This document shows positions 1 through 11,563 of a DNA stretch of 64,000 nt, piece after piece. This stretch comes from Octopus sinensis (Eukaryota), in contig NC_043000.1 of NCBI RefSeq assembly GCF_006345805.1, positions 5,890,001-5,954,000 on the forward strand. The letters are read 5' to 3'. The stretch's first letter is position 1; each line of letters starts with the position of its first letter. A program made the position numbers and the translations under genes. The notes beneath the pieces are model-generated. The model ran no database searches. It was given only the letters and a program-made list of their open reading frames with translations, and was not told the DNA's origin.

Positions 1-22
1 ATACCAGTGGTAGAGTAATATG

Positions 23-179
23 CTTTATTTAAAGCAGTAGAAAATTCAACAAAACCTGTTACTCTGAGTTTCCCGTTGCCGTTCATCGGACAGTTTTTCT
101 AGTAAAAACTGTCCGATGAACGGCAACGGGAAACTCAGAGTACCAGGTTTTGTTGAATTTTCTACTGCTTTAAATAAAG
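23..179. mobile_element. Palindromic Penelope-like (pLTR-type) relic, 76-bp arms with 5-nt loop
   Basis: 23-98 is the reverse complement of 104-179 with 1 mismatch. It abuts a (TA)n tract and contains the hammerhead-like motif. Confidence 0.65.
51..98 (-). ncRNA. Hammerhead-like motif with U4C core substitution (mirror copy at 104-151 on +)
   Basis: Minus strand reads AAAAACTGT-[CCGATGA]-ACG GCAA CGG-[GAAA]-CTC A GAG-[TA]-ACAGGTTTT. Helix I CTGT/ACAG is extended by AAAA/TTTT. Helix II has a GCAA tetraloop and helix III is quasi-palindromic. The core reads CCGATGA instead of CTGATGA. Confidence 0.5.
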
Positions 180-195
180 TATATATATATATACG

Positions 196-259
<64 letters not shown>

Positions 260-351
260 TATATATAAAATGATAGATAGATAGACACACACACACACAG
301 AGAGGCAGATAAATAGATAGATAGATAAAGAGACAGATAAATATTTGTATG

Positions 352-383
<32 letters not shown>

Positions 384-2207
384 CATATGCATATGTGTAT
401 GAGAGAGAAAGAGAGAGAATAAAAAAGTATTTACTTATAATATTTATTGTTGTCATTCTGTCTCCTTCTCTTAGTCTAATAACGCCTGCTGCACCTCATA
501 CTCATATATGCACATTTCCTTCTTCTATAAATAAAACCAGTGAATCTTCATCAGCCAGTTTAGCTGATCAGGTATTTCAAACACTTCTCTACGTTTGGCA
601 GATGTGTTTTGAAACAGCTTGAACCAGCAGAAGATTTATGCCATCAAATTTGATACCTCTTCCATTATCTACCAACTGGCTATCAAGAAAACCTTTGACG
701 GTTCTTAATGACTCTTGCAGCGTATGTGATATCATCAACTGATAATGCTACTTCACATTCCAAGACTAATAATTAGCGCAACCTTAATTCAATTCTAACT
801 TTTCAATTGCTGTTTATTCTTTTAATTAAATACTTTGTTCTTCTCTCTCTCCAACACCCATTCTATTTATTCTCAGATACTCATATAATGGAAGCAGCTG
901 TGTATCTCTACAGCAAAAAACCCTCTTCTATGCAATCTTCCTTCAAACTCTTTACTCACATCACCTAGCATAAAGCTGCCTCCCTCTTGGCTGTAGTACT
1001 CATTTGAAGGGGACCTAGTCATGCAAGCTACATGGTAACCTCACTAATGTTGACGCCCTAAAAAATGTGCCCAGTACACATTGTAAAGTGTTTGGCCTTA
1101 GACATCTAATCGTAGAAACCATACCAAAGCAAACACTGGAGCACAACATAGTCCTTTGCTTTATTACATCCTGTCAAACCATCCAATTCGCCCACGGACA
1201 CTCGTTGATGCTACATCGAAGAGGCCAGAGAACAGAAGAAAGAAGACATGCACCCAACACCAGAGCTGAAGACACCTTCGAAAGGGAGGGAGCGCCACAC
1301 CAAAACAGTACAGGAGTAGGGGCTGAAACCGGACGTGGTTCCTCCTGATGATGTCTTGAGCTAACTGGATCCTATAAAGGAGCTGTTGTGGTAGCAGACC
1401 ACGAAACACAGTTGAAATTCCTCCAGCATTAAACATGAACAACAGAGATAGTTTATGTATTTTTTATTTGTTTGTTTTTAACTCAGATTGTAATGTTTAT
1501 TTTTGTTTTTGTTTTTTACATTTATGCTTACAAACGGTCTATGACTCACTGACAGTGTTAACATGTAATGGCTGGATTACTTTTAATCATCACTTCTTGA
1601 AGGCTTAACTCTTTAGCATTTAAACAGGCCAATTCCAGCCAAAATTTTCTGCTTCTTTTATGTTCAAACTGGCCAAATCCAAAATCTCACATCTATCCTA
1701 CAACATCGTTGTAAAAATAAACAATCACATCATTGAAATTTCAAAGCTATGAGATATTGCATGATTAATTCAGAACAATGTCTATAAATTAGCATTTCAT
1801 TTGACAGAGTAATCTGAATGCTAAAAGGGTTAATTTAGAAACATAAAAAAGGGATATAATATTTCTTGGTTATTAAATTATTAGAAATTTTAGGACAGTG
1901 AATGACAAACTTGGTAGAGTTCTTCACAAAATATTTTTGCAATATTTACTGACATCACTTTCATTTTAGACAAATGACGGAAAAGTTACATCATTTTACA
2001 TTCTGAATTCAAATTCTCCTGGGGTTGATCCTTATCATTCGTTCTTCCAGGGTTGACAGAATAAAGAACAAGTCAAGAACATGGGTCAGATGAATAAACC
2101 AAACCCTCCTGCCAAAATTTATTATTTATGTTTATATAAGAAATCAGTAGAATTATTGGTAAATTTCCTTTTTTTTTTTTTTGCATTACAATGCTCTATA
2201 GCATGTC

Positions 2208-2322
2208 TTTGCTGATCTTGAGAAAGTCTCATCTCCTTTCTCTCTTGAGACTCCATCAGACGTGCTGCATCATGCATTTGCTGATCTTGAGAAAGTCTCA
2301 TCTCTTTTCTCTCTTGAGACTC
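2208..2322 (-). repeat. 69-bp direct repeat encoding ESQERKEMRLSQDQQ-like units (possible Helitron N-terminal repeat relic)
   Basis: ctgatcttgagaaagtctcatctc occurs at 2212 and 2281. The charged 23-aa periodic peptide resembles Helitron N-terminal repeats. Confidence 0.4.
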
Positions 2323-2918
2323 TTGCCTTTGGTTGGTTGAAATTACCAAAATAGGACAACTTTAACGTGAAATAACTTCCTAACTATAAGTTTTTCTCAA
2401 AAACGCTAAGAGTAAAAGATGTTTTATATGACACATTCTACCAGTGTCCGAAGTTTGAAAGTGTTTAGTTACAAAAAATTATTTTTTAAATCTGTAGGTC
2501 AAAAGGTAAAGATCTGAAAAATTCTTTTAATATAGTCTCATGAATTCCTGTGTGAAGAATACAAATTTACAAAAAATTTACTGAAAATTCCGAACAATGA
2601 AAAAGTTATGTGGGGTTATATGCTGTGCATAAAACAGAATTATGCCCTTTACGTGTATTGCTGTTGGAAATTTTTCCTGCTTTGTTTTAATTTTCTAATG
2701 AATATTTGTATTAACATGAACTCTCTGCCACATATTAATCAAAATGATCCTTTCGCTATAGCTATTGTTTTCATACTGCACCATATTTTATTAAATTTTT
2801 TTCTTTTTTTCTGTTTTGGCTTGTTGAATCCAAACTACAATTGATATTTCACATTTGGAATTCCATCATTCATCAACTATTTGCAGTATTTTGTATTCAT
2901 GATATGGAATAAATTTTA

Positions 2919-2919
<1 letters not shown>

Positions 2920-2967
<48 letters not shown>

Positions 2968-3058
2968 GTTATTATTATTGTTATTATTATTATTATTATC
3001 ATTATTATTATTATTGTTGTTGTTGTTATCATAATTATTATTATTATCATCAATAATA
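2920..3058. repeat. (ATT)n/(GTT)n microsatellite
   Basis: Read directly. Confidence 0.95.
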
Positions 3059-3414
3059 TTAATACGCTGACTTTATGTTTTTGTACTTACCTGTTGTGTG
3101 CGTCACACTTACATCAAAGAAGTGGCAAATCAAGAGAGAGGGGAACAGAGAGGAAGTAAGAGGGAGAGAGAGAAAGGTAGAGTGAAAGAGAGAGTGAGAG
3201 AGTGAAAGAGGCAGTGAGTGGTGACAGCATTCATTTTGTCTTTTTAAATGTTTCACTGAGAACTAAGTCAAGGGTATGCGTGTCTGTGGAGCTGCTCAGC
3301 CATTTGCATGCTAATTTCACAAACGAGCTTTTCTATTCCTCAGATCGACTGGAGTCCTTCTCATTATAACCAACTCATGCGTGACTGAGTGCAACGCATG
3401 CACTTTTGGTTATC

Positions 3415-3756
3415 AAATCAAATCAAATCAAATCAAAATCGATGAACATCAATGGAACACCATCCGAGCATGGCCGTTTGCCAGCCTCGTCTGGCACCTG
3501 TGTCGGTGGCACATAAAAACACCATCCGAGCATGGCCGTTCGCCAGCCTCGTCTGGCACCTATGTCGGTGGCACATAAAAAGCACCCACTACACTCACGG
3601 AGTGGTTGGCATTAGGAAGGGCATCCAGCCGTAGAAACACTGCCAGATCTGACTGGCCTGGTGCAGCCTTCCAGCTTCACAGACCCCAGTTGAACCGTCC
3701 AACCCATGCCAGCATGGAAAGCGGACGTTAAACGATGATGATGATGATGATGATGA
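3415..3756 (+). mobile_element. RTE 3' tail fragment
   Basis: (CAAAT)n, two ~63-bp units, conserved tail and (GAT)n, as in 11790-12444. Confidence 0.8.
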
Positions 3757-4096
3757 TGTTGTCTTTCTTCACTTGACTCATTTTGCTTTCTGACTCTTCT
3801 TTTACTTTTTCCTGATAAATTGTTGTACATTTATCATTTCTTTCACTTGTTTCAGTCATTAGACTGTGGCCATGCTGGGGCACCACCTTAAAAAAGTTTT
3901 TGTTGAATGAATCAACCTCAGTACTTATTTTTTTCTTTTATTAAGCCTGGTATCAGTCCTTTTTGTTGGTACACTCCTGTTTGGGCAAATAACCCCCAAA
4001 AACCTATGCTAAGTTATGGGAATGTAAACTCACCAACACCAGTTGTCAAGAGATGATAGGGAACAAAGACACACACACATCGATATATATATATAT

Positions 4097-4127
<31 letters not shown>

Positions 4128-4146
4128 TAGATAGATAGATAGATAG

Positions 4147-4457
4147 ATATTTATTTGTATATTACATGTTTTATACATCAAAACATGTAATATACAAATA
4201 AATATCCATAAATATAAAAACCATCCAAATTTCTGAGTACCTCATTTCTTCTAATATAAAATACCTGTACATCATCTCCAAACATTAGCCACTACACACA
4301 TTTTTTTTTCTCTCCTTGTTTTTTCTGTGTCCCTTTCTGTAGAAGAGTGTTGGCTCGAAACATAAAAGACTTTTTCTATTCCTGAGCGCTATACTAATAC
4401 ATCTGTTTGTTTTCTACACCACCTGTCTTCGTCTTTTGTGTTTTTGTGAATTCTCCC

Positions 4458-4460
<3 letters not shown>
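4147..4460 (+). mobile_element. Penelope-like pLTR relic with 26-bp terminal hairpin and degenerate hammerhead
   Basis: Hairpin at 4147-4205. 4205-4285 is the reverse complement of ~19147-19230. The 3' part (cctgagcgctatactaatacatctgtttgtt...ctccctatatata) is shared with 19375-19455 and 36420-36500. Confidence 0.55.
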
Positions 4461-4528
<68 letters not shown>

Positions 4529-5303
4529 CTGATGCCAGTGTTGCATAACCAGCCCATTTAAAGGTATCCTTCAATTGTCAGGCTATATGCTGTGCTTGAG
4601 AAGACCTGTTGAGTCAAGTGAAATCGGTGTTGTGGTTGATGCCAGTGCCGCCTGACTGGTACCCATGCTGGTGGCAAGTAAAAACCATTTGAGTGTGGCT
4701 AATAACAGTGCCGATGGCACGTAAAAAGCACCCACTACATTCTCAAAGTGGTAGGCATTAGGAAGGGCATCCAGCTGTAGAAACCTTACCAGAAAATTGG
4801 AGCCTGGTGCAGCCTTCTGGCTTTCCAGCCCTCATTCAAACCGTCCAACCCATACCAGCATGGAAAGAAGGGCGTTAAATGATGATAGTGATGAAATATA
4901 CACACACACACACACATACACACACAATGAGCTTTCAGTTTCTGTCTACCAGATCTATTAATATAACTTTGGTTGCCCCGAGGCTATAGTAAAAAGTACT
5001 TGCCCAAGATGCTATGAAGTAGGACTGAACCCAGAACCATGTGGTTTGGAAACTTGCTTCCCAAATTTCTTACCACACAGCCACACCTGCACCTTGATTA
5101 CTTTATATAATATACTTACTGACAGAATCACTGCAATGTCAAAAACAATGCTTTACAATACAATATTTGTCCTGGTTTTTTAAAATTCTGGGTTCAAATC
5201 CCTCTGAGGTCAAGAAGTGGAGTCAATGGTATCAGAACTGCTGGCCTTATGTCTAAATTAGATATAATCATTATTAGTGTCATTGTTCTTGGTATTGTTG
5301 CTG

Positions 5304-5687
5304 TAGGAGTGGCTGTGTGGTAAGTTGCTTACTTACGAACCACATGGTTCCGGGTTCAGTCCCACTGTGTGGCACCTTGGGCAAGTGTCTTCTACTATAG
5401 CCTCAGGCCGACCAAATCCTTGTGAGTGGATTTGGTAGACGGAAACTGAAAGAAGCCCGTCATATATATGTATATATATATATGTATGTGTGTGTATATG
5501 TTTGTATGTCAGTGTTTGTCCCCCCTACATTGTGTGCTTAGGTCCCTGTAACTTAGCGGTTTGGCAAAAGAGACTGATAGAATAAGTACTAGGCTTACAA
5601 AGAATAAGTCCTGGGGTCGATTTGATCAACTAAAGGCAGTGCTCCAGCATGGCCACAGTCAAATGACTGAAACAAGTAAAGAGTAAA
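5304..5687 (+). mobile_element. Family A SINE
   Basis: Same head, CORE-like segment and tail as 8241-8714. Confidence 0.85.
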
Positions 5688-6496
5688 GTGTAATTGTTAG
5701 AACACTGAAGTTGAAATTTCGATATCTTTAGTAATTTTTATTTGCTGACAAGTTAGTTCTAATTCAGAATCCTTTGAAGAACTGCTGAAAAGCTTCATAC
5801 CTGGTAAAAAAAAATGGTTAAAATGGTCATGGCTAAAATGCCTTTGATCATATGTCTAATTAGCTAACACTAATCTGGAGTTTATGACAACAATAGAAAT
5901 AGAATTTGTCTCTTTGAGTAAAGAGGTGACTGTTTGAAAAGCTGTGTAAAAAGGGTAAAGACCCCCTTCAGTCATAAATGACCATAGAATTGCACCTAAA
6001 AAGTTACCCTTTGAAGCACAAATCCAGGCTAGGTTGTTTATGGAATCACTGAGAAGTAATGTGGTGAATAAGACGAAAAAGACTCAGGTGAAAGATCAAA
6101 GCTTTTCCTCTCTAATTAAGCTCTTGTCAACTGACCCATGTCCCTCTTGAAGAAGAACATAAGATTAGAGAAGAAAATTCTTTCAGTAAATTTGACATAA
6201 AGCAGATGAGAGCTGCATGTTAGGCATGGCTTTGTGGTTCCTATCGAAATTTTCGCCTATAATTTTATAACAAGAAGCATCAGGAGATTTGGAAAGTGAC
6301 CCAATTTACCTGAGATGTCTGTATCTCTTTTGAGACAGGTAAGAAGTTTGCTTCCCAACCACATGGTCCCAGGTTCAGTTCCTCTGCATGGCACCTTGGG
6401 CTTGTTTCTTCTACTATAACCTTGGGCCAACCAAAGCCTTGTGAGTGGATTTAGTAGAAGGAAATTGAAAGAAGCCCATCGTATATATATACATAT

Positions 6497-6888
6497 CATC
6501 ATCATCGTTTAACATCTGCTTTCCATGCTAGCATGGGTTGGATGATTTAACTGAGGACTGGCAAGCCAGATGGCTGCACCAGGCAGGCTCCAATCTGATC
6601 TGGCAGAGTTTCTACAGATGGATGCCCTTCCTAATGCTAACCACTCTGAGAGTGTAATGGGTGCTTTTACGTGTCACTGGCACGAGGGCCAGTCAGGCGG
6701 TACTGGTAACGGCCACGCTTAAATGGTGTTTTTTACACGACACCTGCACAGGAGCCAGTCCAGTGGCACTGGCAACGACCTCACTCGAATGTCTTTTCAC
6801 GTGCCACCAGCACAAGTGCCAGTAAGGCGACACTGGTAACGATCATGCTCGAATGGTACTTTTTACATGCCACCAGCACAGAAGCCAA
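6497..6888 (-). mobile_element. RTE 3' tail fragment nested in a SINE
   Basis: (CAT)n followed by the reverse complement of the conserved tail. It sits between a SINE head (6340-6490) and a SINE 3' half (6890-7100). Confidence 0.75.
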
Positions 6889-7989
6889 TTGTGTTCGCCC
6901 CCCACCATTGTTTGACAACCGGTGTTGGCGTGTTTACATCCCCATAACTCAGAGGTACAGCCACAGAGATCAATAGAATAATTACCAGGCTTAAAAAATA
7001 AAGTAAGTACTGGGGGTCAATTCATTCGAGTAAAAATTCTTCTAGACAGGGTCCCAGCATGGCCGCAGTCTAATGACTGAAACAAGTAAAAGGTTAAAAG
7101 ATGTTTAGAAATATTCTTCCTTTCATCTGAGTTCAAATCCCGTCGGGGACAGCTTTATCTTTTATCCTTCTAGGATCATTTATTATTTCTCATATACTTC
7201 AATACATCCATATATTTTCAACATATTTCCACGGAATGGTTTGCAATTCCTCTTCATAAAATATCCCGTTCTTCGCCCTGGAATTAACTCGAATCAAAGA
7301 GAAAGAAAAAAATATTGTGTTTAGTTATTCCCCTTTACTCTTTTAAGTTTAAATCTTACTGTCAACTTTATTTTCCGTCCTTCTACGATCGATTAAATAA
7401 AGTAACAGTCAAGTATTAGGATCGGATTAATTCCTTCACTGAAAAATTGTGATTTTGTCCTTTGTTACAAATTATTATTATTAATATTATTTAGTTTATT
7501 AAATAAATATATTTTAAAGAGTTACCTCCCTTAACCCACTGAACTTCGCAAAATTTCGTTAGGCTTTTGGTTTTTATCCCCCTAAATGCTATTTGAATCC
7601 CACTGATTGCATTATATTTTTGGATATTTAATACTCTAATTCTTTACGTTCTGAGTTCAAATCTCGCCCAGGTTAGCTTCGCCTTTCACTCTTTCGGGGT
7701 TGATAAAATAATGTATCTCAAGTACTGGAAATTGATAATATCAACTTCCCTCTTTCCCTTAAAATTGATAAAAATTTAATGGGTTCTGATACTTAGTTAG
7801 GTCTCTTAAATTTTTGAGTTGAAATCCTGCCAGTATCAACTTTGACATTCGCCATTCGAGTGGAGATGGGGACGAGCTGGCAGAATCTGGGGAAATACTT
7901 ATCAGCGAACCAGACAATGAGCATTATGTTCGGTGTGTGGCATTTGAACTCGGACCGCGATAACCCCATGTCAAAATAAACCATTCAAC

Positions 7990-8170
7990 AATAAACGGTC
8001 GCGATTCGCTGGAATATTAACCACGTCATTAAAAGAATCTGACCAACCAAGACTTCACGTGACACCGTGCCATTTGTTGTGGGATGTGTGGATTATTGCC
8101 CCTCCCCCATCCGCATTCCGCTGCTTAAACCTCCACCCAGCGTCACCTTTGTTTTCTTTTCCCTTCTTAA
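7990..8170. promoter_or_regulatory. Possible regulatory island
   Basis: A locally GC/CpG-richer, non-repeat stretch with TCACGTGAC (E-box) at ~8056, CCACGTCA at ~8021 and a GCCCCTCCCCC GC-box-like motif. No linked exon identified. Confidence 0.25.
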
Positions 8171-8240
8171 TTAAATTGCGATTCAATTAAGTTCCAGTTA
8201 AAAATAAAAACTTCTGAGCAAAAAAAAACAAACAAAAACT

Positions 8241-8410
8241 GCGCAGGAGTGGCTGTGTGGTAAGTAGCTTGTTTACCAACCACATGGATCCGGGTTCAGT
8301 CCCACTGCGCGGCACTTTGGGCAAGTGTCTTCTACTATAGACTCGGGCCGACCAAAGCCTTGTGCGTGGATTTGGTAGACAGAAACTGAAAGAAGCCCGT
8401 CGTATATATG

Positions 8411-8489
<79 letters not shown>

Positions 8490-8714
8490 GCGTGTGTGTG
8501 TTTGTGTGTCTGTGTTTGTCCCCCTAGCATTGCTTGACAACCGATGCTGGTGTGTTTATGTCCTCGTTACTTAGCGGTTCGGCAAAAGAGACCGATAGAA
8601 TAAGTACTGGGCTTACAAAAGAATAAGTCCTGGGGTCGAGTTGCTTGACTAAAGGCGGTGCTCCAGCATGGCCGCAGTCAAATGACTGAAACAAGTAAAA
8701 GAGTAAAAGAGTAA
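8241..8714 (+). mobile_element. tRNA-derived CORE-type SINE (family A), full length
   Basis: A-box-like TGGCTGTGTGG and B-box-like GGTTCAGTCCC. CORE-like ctttgggcaagtgtcttctactatag. Central (TA)n(TG)n. 3' tail tgactgaaacaagtaaaagagtaa. Confidence 0.85.
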
Positions 8715-10861
8715 TTTAACTATAGACAAAGACGGCGGCGGACAGGAGACACCAGATGAGACATAGAGGACAACAGCTTGACCAAAGTGCTGTGACAACA
8801 CAAAACAATAAGCACACGGCGACCACAACTCAATGATCAGTTGACAGATCAGTTCAAGAAAAATAATCTTCGAACTATTTCGATGTTTTGTCGTACGTCG
8901 TACCAACATTGTTTTTTGTTGTTGTTTACGATAGAAATAAACATATTTTTTTTAAATCAAAAATCTCAAACAGATTTCAGAGTTCTTTATCGTAACAGAC
9001 GGTACGTTCTGAGTTCAAATTACACAGAGGTCAACTTTGTTTTTCATCTTTTCGGGGTCGATAAAATAAGTATCAGTTGAGCTCTGGGATCAATTAATGA
9101 GAACTGTTCATATTAAAAAAGCCTGAAAGTCCCCGTTCCATTAAGCTTGGGCTGCCATACGTCTGTATTTACGAGTACATATCCTGGATTCAGATGTCAA
9201 AATTTGAGACCTGGAATAATTTTAAAGATTCTTCATAAGTCAGAAAATTCAGCTTCCATCACTTAAAAATCCATGCACACACACACACACACACACGCAC
9301 ACAATACGAAAGGACCAAAATGTGTCGGCCAGAGCTACGATGGGTCGTGGTGGTTGTCAGAGGAAGCGTCCTGGATTCTGACATCAGATATCGCAACCCT
9401 TCATTAGAATGAGCTGAAAAACATCTAGAGCCCTCGCGATTGCCCTATCTTCTTCCAAACTACAACCCCGTCTCCATCTCCTAACAAGAGCATCCTTTTT
9501 ACCAATAAACTTAATTTTCTGCCTAACTAGAACCCACGCAGACACTTGTGTCATTAACTTCATAATTGTTTCAATTTTTGGCACAAGGCTCTTAATTATA
9601 GAAGCGGACAGTCGTTGTAATCAACCTCTGGTTCTTGACTCGCCCTTATTTTACCGATCTGGAAGGGATAAAAGGTAAAGTCGACCTCTACGGAATTTGA
9701 GCCCGAAACGTAAAGAGCTGGAACCAACAGCATTTCGACCTACGTGCTTACCATTCTGCCGGGTTTATCGTCTTCACTAACTTCATAATATATAATAACT
9801 ACATTATTAATGTTTCAAAAAGCGTTATTCATATCTTGATATTTTAAGATTATGTCGTTGATTTTTTTTCTATTGAAATAAATTAACAGACAAAACAAAA
9901 ATGTTTTGATAAAGATATCTAATTCAGAATTAATCTGGGTTAGGGTTGAGTTTGTGATCGAGTAATGTATGGAGTTAATAGACTCTTCCTTCGTCTAAAT
10001 TATGTGGTTTTGCTCTATTTTACGTTTCATTATTTATTTAGTTTATTGCAGCAGGCCGGAGGAAATGCTTAGCGGCATTTCGTCCGTCTTTACGTTCTGA
10101 GTTCAAATTCCGTCGAAGGTCGACTTTGTCTTTCATTCTTTCAGGGTCGATGAAAAAGTACCAGTGGCGCACTGGGGTTGATATAATCGATTAGTCTTTT
10201 ACCCGCCAAAATTTCAAGCCTTGTACCTTTAGTAGGAAGGATTACTATTTAGTTTATTGAAAATATAGATCAGAAAGAATTATCTCCCCTAGAGACTAGC
10301 CTAGGAAAATATAAAAGACAGAGACAAATATATGTCTGTTAAATACCATACAACATAAATTTCTTAGTTTATCAAAATATCTCCGTCTGTTTCCTAATTA
10401 CCAAATGACAATTAAAATCAGTTCCACTTGAGAAGAAGAGATAATCTCAAGAATCAAGAATTCTTCAAATTTATACGGTACTAGCAGTATAACCCGGCCT
10501 TGCCCGGGATTAAGTTAGGATTATTAAGCTAATCAAGTTCTTTATTTCAAACCAAACTAAGCAACATCGACGTCGAATTTGGGCGAAATCCGTTGATATA
10601 TATATATATATATTAGCCATATTCAAATGGCAAATATGTGTCACGATATATATATATATATATACATATATAGGCAACACACACACACAAATACACACTC
10701 GTAAGTACGTACACCTATTACCTTCATGTTTTTTGTACGCATACATATTTGTGTGTGTGTTGCCCGTATATCAACAAAACACTTTTTCCTCTATGGAAAA
10801 AAACAACAAAAGTTTTAACAAAAACTTACTCGTCGCTAGAAGGGGACTTAACGCCTGTTTG

Positions 10862-11205
10862 CAAACAATGGTGATTTCTCCGACTTGACTGAGGGCTGGC
10901 GAACCAGATGGCTGCACCAGTCTCCAATCTTGATCTGGCAGAGTTTCTACAACTGGATGCCTTTCCTAACGCCAACCACTCTGAGAGTGTAGTGGGTGCT
11001 TTTATGTGGCACCGGGGCCAGTCAGGCGGTACTGGCAACAACCTCGCTCGAATGTTTTTACACGTGCCAGTAAGGTGATGCTGGTAATGATCATGCTCGA
11101 ATGGTGCCTTTTATGTGCCACTGGCATGGAAGCCAGGTAGCCACTCTGGCGACGATCATGCTCAGATGGTGCTCTTAGCACCCTACTAGCACAGGGCACA
11201 AGTGC
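10862..11205 (-). mobile_element. RTE 3' tail fragment
   Basis: Reverse complement of the conserved aagcacccactacactctcagagtggttggcgttaggaaaggcatccag tail. Confidence 0.7.
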
Positions 11206-11563
11206 CCATTCCGCTGGTTACGATGACGAGGGTCGCAGTTGATCCGATCATTGAAACAGCCTGCCCGTGAAATTAATGTGCATGTGGTTGAGCACTCCAC
11301 AGACATGTTTATTCTTAGTGTAGTTCTCAGGAAGATTCATTGTGACAAGGCTGGCGCTTTGAAATACAAGGTACTACTCATTTTTAACAGCTGAATGAAT
11401 TGGAGTAGTGTAAAATAAAGCGTCTTACTCAAGGACACAATGCATTGCTGGGAATTGAACTACCAACCTTACAATCGAGAGCTGAATACTTCAATCACTA
11501 AGCCATGTGACTTCACAACATAGACAAATACAGATATATTAAATACCATACAATATAAAAGAT

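Noticed and set aside
46-456. ORFs rich in Y/I, H/T, C/V (also 8187, 22613-23116, 26478, 30404-30948, 47490)
   Set aside because: They are translations of (TA)n, (CA)n, (TG)n and (ATG)n microsatellites.
480-800. Protein-like minus-strand stretches (ESLRTVKGFLDSQLVDNGRGIKFDG...)
   Set aside because: They are broken by stops and frameshifts and I cannot assign a family. Probably an old transposon relic.
1260-1300. CTGAAGA...CGAAA hammerhead-like spacing
   Set aside because: No helix II or helix III pairing and no UH site.
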